From assembly GCF_011745625.1 (NCBI RefSeq), contig NW_027191461.1, positions 124,001 through 188,000 on the forward strand: a stretch of 64,000 bases of DNA, written 5' to 3'. The notes under the pieces were generated by a model. It was not told where the DNA came from. It searched no databases and was given only the letters and a program-made list of their open reading frames with translations. Origin of the DNA: Cladosporium halotolerans (taxonomy: Eukaryota). Of this stretch, positions 33,883 to 46,520 are shown in pieces. Numbering within the stretch: position 1 is the stretch's first letter; every line of letters begins with the position of its first letter. Both the position numbers and the translations under genes were made by a program.

Positions 33883-35875
33883 TCACACCTTCGGTGGCAG
33901 AACGGTGGGTGGTGCAGGCCGGCTCGTTGTCCTGGGAAGCTCGGGTACGGTGGTTGTCGGCACACAAGCACAAGCGCTGCTGACCTGAGCGATAAGATCG
34001 TCCTTCTTTTTGCCCTTTCCACCGCAAGCCTTTTGCGCATATTTCGGAACCAGGTTCTTGTCATCATTTTGCCTGACCAAGAAGTCGCCGCAAAATTCCT
34101 CACTTTCTTCGGAGTGCCTTTCCAGGGCTTGGCTGCAGCGATTCTTCTTGCACACGGGAGCTATTGGGCATTCTTTACTTGTCATCTTGACAACGAAGGA
34201 GCCACGTTCGATTGTGTGGACGAAGATGAAGCCTGACTTGAAGTAAGCGTACGAGGACCAGGATCCCAGGAAAGCGACGGTGCCACCGCCCTCGTTCTCG
34301 TCATCTTCAGGGTAAATGTCGAAGAAGCCGGCCTCACAGATCCCCGCGCCTGTAGGATCCTTGGTCACCGAAGAAATATCCAGCACATTAAGTCCATTGC
34401 CGTAGTTTGATTGGTAGAGGTAGTCGCCGACGACGTATTGGTTGTGGTCGATGGAGCGAGTCTTTCCAGCATACCAACCAGTGTATCTTGGGTTCTCCAG
34501 GTCACGAATGTCAAAGATGTGGGTGGTAGGAAGACCTTGAGTCATCGGTCCAACATCCGCATCGCGCTCGTCAAATTCATCGTCCATGAAAAGGTATTCC
34601 TGGTTCATCACATCGTTGACGGCTCCTACACGAATGATCAGCTTTGCCGTGACAGAGATGCTGACCAGGAAGAGAACTCTCCAAAATCGCACTGCGTAAC
34701 AGGAAATCTTAACTTACCCTGGTGGATGTATTCAGCTCCAGGAAAGGTGGTGATTGAGATGATGTTGGTAGTATTGCCCACTTTATCCGTTACATCGTAA
34801 ATCGTGATCGTGTCCTATGCCGAGAGAATGTTAGCGTGGGCACTGTCACCGTCGGTCGAAAAATCACATACCTCATTGTATCCGTAACAGATATCACGGC
34901 CTTCGTACCTCTTGTCTGGACCTCGGTACACCAGACATTCCGCATCGTGCACGTATCCATCACCAGCCGCACAACCAGGGCTCCATGGATTGGCAGGATC
35001 GGTCATGTTAAGATAGATGAGCCCACCGCGGCAAGGTAGGTCTCCTCTGACCCTGATTGTTTCGTTACCGCCAACCGATCCGACAGCAATGGCGTAATTG
35101 AGTTCCTCGTTGACGACAATGTTGTGAGTACGACCGACGGGAAGCTCATCCCAGTGACCAGTGAGGTCGTCTTGCGTGAAGTTGGTCGGGCTCGCCGGGT
35201 CGAGAGTGAGCAGTTTTTTCATATCGAAGACTTGGACTCCGTGATGGATTGCCTCAGATCCGACCACAGCGTAGTCGCGGAGGATTCTGATCTCCCTCCA
35301 GTTTGATCCTTCAGGATCGTATTGGGGAAGGCGACCGAGATATATCATCTTGCCCTCGGAACTGATTTCGGCAAATGCAGTACCATCATATTGCCCAATG
35401 GCAACAAACTCTCGACCATCTGCGGATGTCCAACCCCAACTTGATGATCCACGCGCATGGTTACTTCCCAAGTCTGCATGAGACAGGAAGTGATACAGGT
35501 CGATCTATCAACGTCAGCCTTTGTCGTCCCACCCTTAATCCGTTTTTATATCTCACATTGTTGCATCGGAAGGTGTTGTTGGTGTCCCCCGGAATGGCTG
35601 CAGCAAAGCCATTCTCACAGGGTGTGTAGCCAAGTTCTGGGTAGCGCGAGCTATCCATTTGGCCAGCTGCAAGTTCGGCCTCCCATTGTGCCTTTACGCC
35701 CAATTAGTAAGAATGCGTGTCATTCTCTATAGCCGCGGGGTCGCACCATCTTTAAGCCCATTATGCGAGCATGGACAGTGCCATCAGCGTACTCAGCAGC
35801 GGAGCCCTGCCCGGCGGCCCTGCTCACGCCAATCATGGTGGAGCAGAGCGCGACAAAACAAGCGATACGAGCCAT
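33883..35875 (-). CDS. Secreted choice-of-anchor-B-like (LVIVD-type) protein with a Cys-rich C-terminal module
   Basis: Exons 35875-35747, 35691-35557, 35504-34872, 34814-34718 and 34625-33883 join in frame. Signal peptide; motifs GSSSWGWT, WREIR, THNIVVN, GYVHDAEC, YIHQG, MDDEFDE, IDHNQYV and GSWSSY. Confidence 0.8.
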
Positions 35876-37222
35876 TTCGAGAAGAACCAGACCTCGAAGA
35901 GCACGTGGTAGAAAGAGTCCGAAGATTGTCTGCGAGATGTGACGGCTATAGACTTGGAACACCCTAGCTCTTATACATTCCGGCCGTTACCTGACACTTG
36001 CCGAGAAGCACAGCTAGGCGTATTTGGCGGTGTCGAAGGTGGCTGAAGGTCAAGGCCCAAGACTCTGAGAGTCTGAAGCTGGACCGCCCACATGGCTTTG
36101 AAGACTGTACTCAGCAGAGTCTTGTGCTGATATGGATCCTTGGCCAATGCGACCTAAGGATACGGTATACTTGGGATGCGTACTTGGAAGTTGATAAAGA
36201 GAACCTTGGCATTTCCGTGCCGAAAGTCACGACGTAGTTTGCAATCGACTTCCATCTGTCGTCTGTCTTACTATCCTTAACGAGCGTTTCCAGAAATGAC
36301 GGTCTTGCGACCTGTGACTCATGGCACATAGGTAAGCGAGGACTTGCTTCCGCTCCTTTGGATTCTACAACTTTGCTTTCACAACACGCCATTAAGTAAG
36401 TGGCCAGGACGGGCACATGTCGTCCTGCTTATCAAGTCGCGCATTTGAGGCATCTGCGGGGCAGGCCTTGGAGTCTTGGGTTGTGAGCATCACCAACCTT
36501 GGCGATTGTCCAGCTTAGGCAGGTGGCAATGATCCCGATAATGGAAACCCCGTGTAGTTGTCGTCAGAATGGAAGTGGAAGTGTTTGCTTGAAAAGACTT
36601 ATTAGAGTTGATGGCAAGGTCTGTTAACTTCTCTCCACTTTTACGAAGTCGGCCGTGGTGCAGACGTCTCCGGCAAACGGCACGTGGCGTGGTGCCGGTG
36701 AGAGACGTTTCGTCTCTCACCTGTCTACAAATCACCTCTCGTCCCTTTTTGCGTGATATACATTGGCAGTGGGTCGTTGTTGTTACTGTTGAGCGAGGCA
36801 ATTCTTTCTCACCTCCAAGAAGCTGGCAATCACAAGCCTCTTGTGTTGGACTCGGGTTTTGCTGGCTTGAGAGAAAGCTCGGGATGTGGACAAGGGCAAA
36901 TGTCCGTGCAATGCGGATATTTACAACAGCGACAGTATACTGAATTCTGCAAGAACTCGAGAATATTCGTCGCACAGGCCGACAACAGACAGCAAAAGCC
37001 GTGAAGAGTGCATTGACCCCCATCGGTCATGTATGGTGAATCCTGGATCGGTTCTTTGATTGGTAGTCAAAGGCAAGGCTCGAGCAAGACCACCCACGTA
37101 TAACTATCTGATATATGGCAATGAGAGGCGAGTCTTGTACTGATATCAGTACTGTGCAATCCAAATGCATGTAGTCAGACACCGACGTGTGCATTCATCT
37201 TTACGTCGCCGTGGTCGCCTCG

Positions 37223-37246
37223 TTTAGCCGGACGATCGCGGCTAAA
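37223..37246. promoter_or_regulatory. Inverted XlnR/Xyr1-type site TTTAGCC-N10-GGCTAAA
   Basis: TTTAGCC (37223-37229), a 10 nt spacer, then GGCTAAA (37240-37246), about 190 bp upstream of the xylulokinase ATG. A further GGCTAA is at 37331-37336. Confidence 0.7.
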
Positions 37247-37438
37247 ACGTCATCAGCTCCACGCCGAAGGCCACGCTGGACGAGTGGCCACTCAGCTGGG
37301 GTGCAGCAACATAGGTGAGTCTGTTGAGAAGGCTAAGACCACGATAGCTGATTTTTTCCATCATATGTGATACACTCCAATTCGAACCGTAGCACTCACT
37401 GTTGAAGTGATTCTTTTACTCATACCTTACACCAAACC

Positions 37439-39411
37439 ATGGCGGGCAACGACGATCTGTACATGGTAAAGAAAACCTACAATGGCGTTGACACTCGAAA
37501 AATGCTAACATATGACGCAGGGGTTCGACCTCTCTACGCAACAACTCAAGTGTCCGACCTTCTTTCGGAACTTTTACTTAGAACACGGAACTGACAAGCA
37601 TTAGGCATCATTGTGAACTCCGATTTGAAGCATCAGCACGAGGCAAAGGTCGACTTCGATGCTGATTTTGGATCCAAGTATGGCATCCACAAGGGCGTTC
37701 TCACAAACCCAAGCGAGGGTGAAGTGTTTGCGCCAACAGCAATGTGGCTCGAAGCTGTCGACCTAGTGCTTCAGCGTCTCAAAGAGGAAGGCGTCGACTT
37801 CAGTAAAATCAGGGGCTTGTCCGGCGCTGGCATGCAGCACGGTACAGTGTTCTGGTCAAAGGAGGCCGAGAGCTTGCTGTCGAACCTTGATTCAAGCAAG
37901 ACGCTTCTGGAGCAGCTGGAGACGAAGCAGAAGAGTGCCTTCGCGCACCCGCACAGCCCCAACTGGCAAGATGCTAGCACGCAAAAGCAATGCGACGAGT
38001 TTGATGCCCAGTTGGGCGACCCAGAGACCCTCGCGGAAATCACCGGCAGCAAAGCACACCACGTTCGTTATCCTTGAAGTGTATTCCTCTAGTATTTCTG
38101 AAGCTCGGACTAACCATAGAACAGCGTTTCAGCGGACCTCAGATCAAGCGTTTCCGCACCAAGTACCCAGACCACTACGAGAATGTCTCCAGAATTTCTC
38201 TGGTATCGTCTTTCTTGGCCTCCGTGTTTTTGGGTGAAATTGCTCCGATTGATATTAGCGATGTCACAGGCATGAACCTCTGGCACATTGGCAAAGGCGA
38301 CTGGCATGATGAGATGCTCGCACTCACTGCCGGTAGCAAGGACGGAGCCGCCGACCTCAAAAAGAAGCTCGGCGTTGTGCACGAGGACGGTGGCAAGACC
38401 TTTGGTAACATCAGCGAGTACTTCGTCAACCGCTTCGGTTTCAGAAAGGACGCCAGTGTCATCGCTTTCACTGGCGATAACCCGTCGACAATCCTCGCGC
38501 TGCCCCTGAGGCCATCTGATGCCATGGTGTCTCTGGGCACTAGCACTACTTTCTTGATGAGTACCCCGGCCTACAAGCCAGACCCAGCCTACCACTTCAT
38601 GAACCACCCGACTACTGCTGGGCTCTACATGTTCATGCTGTGCTACAAGAACGGCGGGCTGGCGCGTGAGCAAATCCGCGACTCTCTCAACACCTCCGCC
38701 ACGAACCCCACCAACTGGGATACATTCAACGAGACTGCGCTGGCCACGCCGCCGCTCTCGCAGAAGAGCGATGCTGACGACATGCGTCTGGGACTCTACT
38801 TCCCCAGGCCCGAGATCGTTCCCAACATTCACTCCGGCCAGTGGCGATATGCATACAACCCCAAGTCAGGAGACCTCAAGGAGCTTGCCGCAGATTCGGT
38901 GCCCGATGACGCCCGCAACATCGTTGAGTCGCAGATGCTGTCCCTGCGCCTGCGGTCACAGAACTTGCTCAAGCCTGAGCCGGACCAGGAGACTGGAGCC
39001 ATGCTCCCGCCGCAGCCGAAGAGAGTCTACCTTGTCGGTGGTGGTAGCGCCAACCAAGCCATCGCACAGCTCTGTGGTGAAGTCCTTGGCTCCACCGAGG
39101 GCGTCTACAAGCTCGACATTGGTGGCAACGCTTGCGCCCTGGGCTCTGCGTACAAGGCTGTTTGGGCGTGCGAGAGGAAGGAAGGCGAGACCTTCGAGCA
39201 ACTGATTGGCAGCCGCTGGGACGAGGAGAAGTTCGTGAAGCGGATTGCGGGAGGCTACAAGAAAGGCCTGTTCGAGAAGTACGGCGATGCTGTCACGGGT
39301 TTCCATAAGATGGAGAAGCTTGTGGTGGAAGAGGCTGGCAACGCGAAGTCGCCGGCTACGGGCGGCACTGTGTTTGCCAATGAGAAAGGTGCGGGCGCTA
39401 TCGCGAAGTAG
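37439..39411 (+). CDS. XKS1: D-xylulose kinase (FGGY family)
   Basis: Exons 37439-37465, 37521-37551, 37605-38062 and 38125-39411. Motifs [54 protein letters not shown] and VGGGSAN. Confidence 0.93.
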
Positions 39412-39967
39412 AACATCCTTGACGGATGGACGAGTTAGGTTCGCCAGAACAAGAATTGATTAACGTTAGATCATGACCTGTGAAATTCGACTGCTTTGAA
39501 CTCCCACGCAGATGCAATCATTTCAACTCGAACGCTAAGTGCAGTTGCAATCCAAATGCCAAATCGACGTGTTCATACATCGAGTTTCATGCAGAATACT
39601 GTACCCAAGCGATTTTTCTCACGTGTCTAAAGTCGTTGAGCCTTGCCTTCCTTAGATGGTTCCTGGTAACATCGGCATCCTCATGACTCCCTAGTTCGCT
39701 CAGTTCCCGCTTAGGAGCGACACTTGACTAGATGTCTTTGTCCTCCCTTGCGATTTGTGGAAAGTGTCTTGACGCCGAGTGAACGGGCACACGGAAGCCA
39801 TGGCCAGCAATGCGTAGCAGATCGTAGGTCGGAGCTATTCCATTGCAGACAAAGGCGCTTATCCGCGATCTGGAGGACTAAGGCAAGGCCTTATGTCCGC
39901 AATGTTGGCAGCAGTGGCCTGAAGCTATTCCACTGTATACAGTGCTCTCGATGCTCCTGTTCCAGGG

Positions 39968-40388
39968 CTAACGCTTGCTTGTTCCCCAAGCGCCGCCGCC
40001 GCCGCTCTTTGTGTCTTCCTGTGGCTTGTACGCAGCCGGCATCTTTTGCGCATCTCTAGCCAGGAAAGCCTTTACTTCTGCCGCATTGAAGGAGGTGTTT
40101 GGCGGCGTCTGGGACGGAATCGAGGTTGTGGCGCCCGCGCTCTCGGTGCGTCCATTGCTAGCCTCGCGACTTTGGCTCGCGCGCTGCGCCCAGAAATTTG
40201 CGGGCGCTTGTGAAGGCTTCTGCGTTGGGTTTGTATGCTGGGCTGGCGACGAGTTGCCTGAGCGGTTCTGGAGAGTTCGCGAACCGCTTTGCTGCTTTGA
40301 GCGCGCTTGCCACACGCTGAATCTGTTAGCGTATGCATTTTCCAGGATGATCCATGGAGAGTACGTACTTCTGCGGCTGGCTGGCCAT
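39968..40388 (-). CDS. Small low-complexity hypothetical protein; 3' end uncertain
   Basis: Exon 40388-40369 (MASQPQ), a GTACGT..GCTAAC..CAG intron, then VWQARSKQ..FNAAEVKAFLARD..GGAWGTSKR*. The GTTAGC at the stop could instead be a donor, but no further exon was found. Confidence 0.6.
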
Positions 40389-40738
40389 TATTAGTATTAT
40401 AGTATACGTTGTTATGCGAATGGTGGTATTGGTCAAGAAAGGGTGGTGGAATATGACGATCCCCCGACGTGAAGCTCGCGCAGCCTCGGCCCAGCTGCTG
40501 TGATGTGAAGAACAAAATAGAAATGATTCACGGAGATAAATCATATGCAACTTTGTAATGCAAGTTCTTTAAAATTATATTTCAAGCATGCTTTCAAACA
40601 AAACTGATTTGCCTTCACTAGACGATGGTCCCTGTCTGCTCGCTTCTTTGGGCCTTCTGGGTATCACAATCCGTAACGCCGTATACAAAGTACTGCCCTT
40701 TCCCTCCCCATGTAGCCTATCGCTCATTGTCGATGGAC

Positions 40739-41493
40739 TCAAGATTTCGTTCTCATGTCTTCGTCGACTTCACGAGCTTCATTGACTAGCTCTTCAATGT
40801 CCTCAGGCTTGAGCGCAGCAGCAGACTGATCTAGGTCTACGACCACGTTCTCCAATCCCTTCACCAAGTCTTCAATTTCTTTTCGTTGCTGCAACACTCT
40901 TTGTAGGATTTCTGCGTTCTCGGCTTGCAAATCTTCCTGCCGCGTTTGCAAAGACAGGGACTGTTGCGAGAGGGATGGCGCTAAGTGTGACAGGTACAAT
41001 TGCTGAGCCGGGAGCGAGTGTGGCCTGCAAACACATCGAATCAATGTTTGTCCAAGTCTGGTGTGAACCATGTTGCTACTTACGGCACTGGCGCCTGCAC
41101 AGGCTCACCATTCGCCTCTTCCTCCGCCTTTGCCTTACGCTTTTTCGCATCTTCTATCAGACCATCGAGCTCGTTGAGACTGGGCACGACATTGCGCTCG
41201 GCGAGGATTTGCTCAAAGTTGATGCGCATGCTCGCGCCCAGTCTGTCCGTAAATTGCTCGTGAAGGTGTCGCAAGCTATCGGGCACTTCTTTGGCGGGCG
41301 TAGGGAAGCATGACGCGAAGTTATTGTAGCTGCACGTCTTCAGCACGTGTGTAATGGCATCGCCGTAGAGCTTCTGAAGGGCAGTCGCTCGTGGGCCTGG
41401 CGCTGCTGCTACGGGCGGAGGCGGCACTGGAGACGGTGACCGTTCGTTCTCAGGGGCGGGTGCATCTTGCATGGATTGTTCGTCGGTCGCCAT
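40739..41493 (-). CDS. NNF1: Kinetochore MIND/Mis12 complex subunit Nnf1
   Basis: Exons 41493-41084 and 41024-40739. Motifs PGPRATALQKLY..CSYNNFASCFPT, ERNVVPSLNELDGLIEDAKKR and PHSLPA, followed by a C-terminal coiled coil. Confidence 0.8.
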
Positions 41494-42699
41494 GTTGCAC
41501 AATGTTTTGGCGCGTCCGCAGGAGAGCGTGGCTGCTCGCGCCCGCCAATTGTCCCAGAGCGTTTCGAAGTCGCGCGACCCTGAAAGTCAACAAAGAACCA
41601 CAGTCTAGCGGCTTCGTGCATAGGTCAGCCATCGCGTTGCCAACGTGCTCCACCTGGCGCAGGAAAACAACCACATCGACTCGCTATTACCAAAATGTTG
41701 AAGCAGACTTTCCTGCCAAACTACGATTGCACTCGCACGCCTAAATGTAGCGATACAGCGAGCGTGTCGGTCGATTCCACCAGAGGTTACTCAGGCCAGG
41801 AGGCCTAAACTTCCATTGGTGGTTGCAGACATGAACGGTCGACAGACGGTCCTGGCACCACTGGCAACACCTCTGTTCTGACACACTTCCTACATCAAAC
41901 CCTCGCTCGTCGGCAGCCTATCCTACACCTCAAGGAACACCGGTGGCCAACATTCGATGCCAAGATATGCTGTTTTTCAACCATGGCGCAAATAGCCGCC
42001 CGATGTCCTCGCGCGCGGCTGAAGACTTTCGCTATGTCTAGAGACTGCTACCGATCCCAATATAGCACCTCTAGCCGCGATACACAGACTCGTCTGCTGC
42101 CCTGCAGATGATGACGTTCTCATTCAGGTACCCGCCGTCAAGAAGCCATTGAGCGGCCTGCCTACATGGCCGCAATCTATGGCCCAGGTCGAATAGCGCC
42201 GGGCTCGCGGCTATCTCTCGTTTCATGTCCTTCGTTGATGCCTTTTTCTGGACCGCAACCTCAGGATTCTTCGAAGCGAAGCCTTTGTCGGCCAGTTTCA
42301 GTTGTTTGGCGCCCACGCATGGCATCTTGAAACGTTCGCAGGGTTGTTTGATCGACGGCGTGAAAGGTGGGAGGCCTTTGGAGGCCGTTGCCTCAACCTC
42401 TATAAAGTGACCGCCTGGCCACCGTAGGGCGAAACATCAGAAAGGCCATCAGCAGCAGACCAACTTCGTTCTTCCTATTTCCTTAGTTTCTTATTTCCTT
42501 GCGTCTTTCCTTTCACACCGTCTTAGTCTGGCACTTGGCGTTTGAATCCGTCTTAATCGGTAATCGTTTTTCCTTCCGTCTCTCTTTAACTTGTGCTTGA
42601 CGCACAAGAGCGCCTGGTCTGCGCTTTCTCTCTATCACCAGTTGAGCGGCCTTTTACGACTTCCATTCACGAACCGCGAAGCAATCCAAGCTTGTATAC

Positions 42700-43710
42700 A
42701 TGCCCTTGTTCAACGAGCTACCGATCATGCCCAAGGAGCCAAGAGCTCCTACTTCTTTTTCTGTGGAATCAACAACCGCACCATATCCACAAGCTACTGG
42801 TACCAACACGCAACGAAACGCCGCGATCTGGACTACGTCCGACGATGAGATCCTTCTACGCGCCCGGGCATCTGGACTCAATTGGCAGCCAATCGCAAGC
42901 AAGCACTTCCCTAACAAGACCGCCAACGCATGTCGCAAGCGCCATGAGCGTTTGATAGAGCGTCGACATGTAGACGACTGGGACAACCGAAAACTCGAGT
43001 TGCTTGCCCAGGAGTATCTCGCCTGCAGGAAAGAGATGTGGGAAGTCCTTGCCGCTCGTCTCGGGGAGCGCTGGAACGTCGTTGAAGCAAAGGTAACTCT
43101 ATCCTTCATGTCAGGATTGACAATTGCTTACCTGCCAAAGTGCATGGAGAAAGGTCTCAAAACTTTGCAGATCACAGCTCGCACAGCATCGCGCAAAGCT
43201 GCAGCGGATCAGAACCAAGCCTTCTGTGAAGATCGAGTTATTTCAGACCACAACAGCGACTCAGGCATTGTGCTGTGTTCGGGCTCCGAACCTGATATGG
43301 AGGTAGAAGAGAGCGTACCTCCTTCCAGGCATGGCGCGAGCGCGTCCTGGTCAGCGTCCTACAGCAGACAACACCATCATTTGAACCAGGAACACATCCG
43401 CTCCCGAAGCCTCCCTTTGCCCCTGCCACAGCTGCCGCAGTATCAGCCTCCACCTCCGCGCACGTCAAAACTCGATCGACAGGGCATGGCTAGGCCAGGA
43501 GCTATTGCCGAAGAAGAAGCTGCCACTCAATTCGGAGCAGCCAATTTGCAACGACCTGCTTTCTTTATTCAACGATACTCGCCGGAGACTCAGCAACGGA
43601 TCAGTATCCAAAGCGTGCTGTCGCCAGCAGAACCATCTGACGGCTCTTCCGGACACGAAACATCAATGCATTACGGCCATGACATGAGAGAACGTGAGCA
43701 TAGACGTTGA
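42700..43710 (+). CDS. Myb-like DNA-binding protein
   Basis: WTTSDDEILLRARASGLNWQPIASKHFPNKTANACRKRHERL, then WDNRKLELLAQEY..MWEVLA..WNVVEAK|CMEKGLK. Probable 48 nt intron at 43093-43140. Confidence 0.85.
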   Translation: MPLFNELPIMPKEPRAPTSFSVESTTAPYPQATGTNTQRNAAIWTTSDDEILLRARASGLNWQPIASKHFPNKTANACRKRHERLIERRHVDDWDNRKLELLAQEYLACRKEMWEVLAARLGERWNVVEAKVTLSFMSGLTIAYLPKCMEKGLKTLQITARTASRKAAADQNQAFCEDRVISDHNSDSGIVLCSGSEPDMEVEESVPPSRHGASASWSASYSRQHHHLNQEHIRSRSLPLPLPQLPQYQPPPPRTSKLDRQGMARPGAIAEEEAATQFGAANLQRPAFFIQRYSPETQQRISIQSVLSPAEPSDGSSGHETSMHYGHDMREREHRR

Positions 43711-44311
43711 TCGTGTTGATCGTTGATCTCATCCTTTTCCCACGTTCGTCCATTCATTCAAACACCCGGAGTTGCGTTTGGCAATGTACGATTATTTTTC
43801 CTCTGATTCTGGCCTCAGCGTTTCCCACACTTCCATGTATAATAGATTATGAGTTGCAATGCCTCCAATGCCAGTGCCGGTGCCAATGCCACTACCAATA
43901 CCTCCAGTGCTTGCTCGCAGATGGCATCAAACGAGAAACCGCCTAGCAAATGCCCATCATCTGATCCGAGGATTTGAAGGGCTAGCAAACAACCTTGTCA
44001 CCCGACCTTGCTGATCCACGCGTTCACGCACTAAAATAAAAAGCTGTCGTGGCCGGCGTCGTAGGGCATTTGTAGGGCACCCGAAAGGCGCAGCCGCATC
44101 GTCATCAGTGCGCTACACCCCGCGCCCAATAACATCGACTTGACAACGACGGTATATCCCAGCCACGTGCGGTTACCGGGCAAAGCAGTTAACGCGCCGA
44201 CGCTATTCCCTTCCATCATTAATACCGAGCGCGCTCTTAATCTTTGTTACGTGGCAACTCCGATGGTTGCGTCGCCGGTCGACCGTTAGACTTCTCCTTG
44301 TGCCTGCGTTC

Positions 44312-45850
44312 ATGCGGCTTCCGACGCGGCGCAGTTTCACACGCCCGGGCATTGGGCTATGTGGCAGCACAGCCCTCGCCTCTTCACTTCACCATCCGCT
44401 CGTTAGACGAAGTAGTCTTACACGCCAGACGCATGTCCTTCTTACCGCCGCCGCCTCTTCGCGCCATAAGAATCCCCCCGGCTCCGGTCTGAGATCGCCG
44501 TTACAGTGGTCTCTCATTGCTCACCAGGCTCGCGACCCGACTTTCTCTTACACTCCTGCAACTGTTAGCACGATGGGAGAATCTCAGCAAGTGCGGGCAC
44601 ACTCGCATGGACATGGACACCATCACCACCACCATGACAACACGTTCCTTACAAGCGCGAACCGAAGCGACCCCGGTGTCAAGATCACAAGAGTTGGATT
44701 GTATGTCAACCTGGGCATGGCGGTCGCGAAGGGAGCTGGTGGATACATATTCAACTCGCAAGCGTAAGACTTCCTCGATCGATGGGTTGGAAGAAACTGT
44801 AACATCATAATGGAGAACTGACACGGGGCATACAGATTGACCGCAGATGCCTTGCACGCTCTGACCGACCTGGTCTCCGACATCATGACCCTCGCTACGA
44901 TTTCCTACTCCCTCAAGCCCGCGACCTCGCGCTTCCCAACCGGCTACGGCAAGATCGAGTCCCTCGGCGCCCTCGCAGTCTCTGGCCTCCTGCTGTCCGG
45001 TGGCATCATGATCGGCCTGCAAGCAATCATGGCCCTCAGCCAGCAATTCTTTCCAGAAATCGCACACATCCTTTCACACCTCGAAATCTTCGGCCACGGA
45101 CACTCGCACAGCCACGGCGCGGAGAACTTCGGGCCCAACATCAACGCCGCGTGGCTGGCCGGCGGCAGCATCCTGATCAAGGAGTGGCTGTACAGGGCGA
45201 CGATGAAGATCGCGACCCAGAAGAGGAGCTCGGTCTTGGCTAGCAACGCATACCACCACCGCGTGGACAGCCTGACGGCGTTCGTGGCTCTGGTGACTAT
45301 CTCGGCGAGCCACTTCCTCACCAGCGCGGCGTGGCTGGATCCGGTTGGTGGTCTTGCGATCAGCGGTATGATTGTTCAGGCGGGCTGGGGAAACACCAAG
45401 TCCGCTATGTTGGAGCTGGCGGACGTTGCTATGGACGAGGAGGTAAAGGAGAACGTGGAAAAGGCCGCTAAAACCGCCTTGCTCGCTCAAAGTAGCGGAG
45501 AGGCGGAGGTCAGGGGCGTACAGGGAATCAAGAGCGGGCAGAACTTCCTCGTGGACCTCGAGGTCGCCGCGCCGAGCATCTGGACTGTGGGCGATTTGGA
45601 GGCGGTGGAAGCCGCTCTGAGGGAGAAGGTCTCTGCCGATGTCAAGGGTGTTCGCAGGGTCACTGTCCGCTTCACTACCGACAAGAGCGGAAGAGAGCCC
45701 TTTGCTCAGGAGTTTGTCAAGGGACGGGCGAGCGATGCGGAGGAAGAGCATGATCACGATCACGACCACGACCACGACCACGGTCACTCGCATACGGCGG
45801 GCCAGTCAACCTCTACGCAGGCCAATGGCTCCGCCACCAAGAGAAAATAG
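44312..45850 (+). CDS. Mitochondrial cation-diffusion-facilitator metal transporter (Mmt1/Mmt2-like)
   Basis: Exons 44312-44763 and 44836-45850. Arg-rich presequence, His tracts, SQALTADALHALTD, FPTGYGKIESLG, ASNAYHHRVDS and LDPVGG. Confidence 0.88.
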
Positions 45851-46520
45851 ATCTTTGGATATACACGGCTAGGCTTTTGGCGAGCCTGGCATCTGTAAAA
45901 ATACAAAAGAAAATATTTGGAAAGTCCATGCAACGACCTCACATGACTGGAGCGACGTTCATTGATGAAGGGGCTTGTGACGCCGCAACCTGTCTCCAAC
46001 AGCATAGCGTATCGACGTACAAGTCATTTCCGCGTGGTCACCGCAATGGACAGCTGCATACTCACGGCGTACTGAGGGGCTTTACCCGCCTCTCGATGGC
46101 AGACATCAGGGTGGCACCATCGTGGTAGCGCCGCCGGGCTTGGTGGCTCGGAGCACGGATGGAGTCTTGTATTAGCTTGAAATCACCTTGCAGTGGACCA
46201 AAGCATTATTCGAGCGTGCTCTTGTTTTGGATAGCAACTTTTGAAGCCACTGATAGATACATAGTTCGGATAGATGGGCATACGGTACAAGTTCTGTGTC
46301 TCCAATTCCATATTCATCATGGTCGGACAACATACTCAAGTGTAGTCCCGGTAGCATCCTTGCCTTCTACTCATACAGGCCAGTTCCGCAAATTATGCCC
46401 CTTTGCACACATCCAACTCCCAAGTGCCCACCCATGCTCCTGTTTTGTTGTTCCAGCCAGCTGATATACTTCATTGCAAATCGAAGGCAACCTGCAGTGG
46501 TCATAGATTCCTCCCTCTGC

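Noticed and set aside
34626..34718. Second stwintron-like pattern (G|GTAAGT..CGCAG|TGCGAT) in the choice-of-anchor-B gene
   Set aside because: The internal unit would be only 26 nt with no clear branch site, and a single 92 nt intron already gives the correct frame (HQG-AVN).
37552..37604. Weak GTCCGA donor in xylulokinase intron 2
   Set aside because: Still GT-AG with a CTGAC branch site, and it yields the expected QQLKC motif, so no special mechanism is needed.
39831..39944. Imperfect direct repeat AGCTATTCCA.TG.A.ACA 90 nt apart, with palindrome CACTGTATACAGTG
   Set aside because: Only two short copies, with no array, terminal inverted repeats or target-site duplication.
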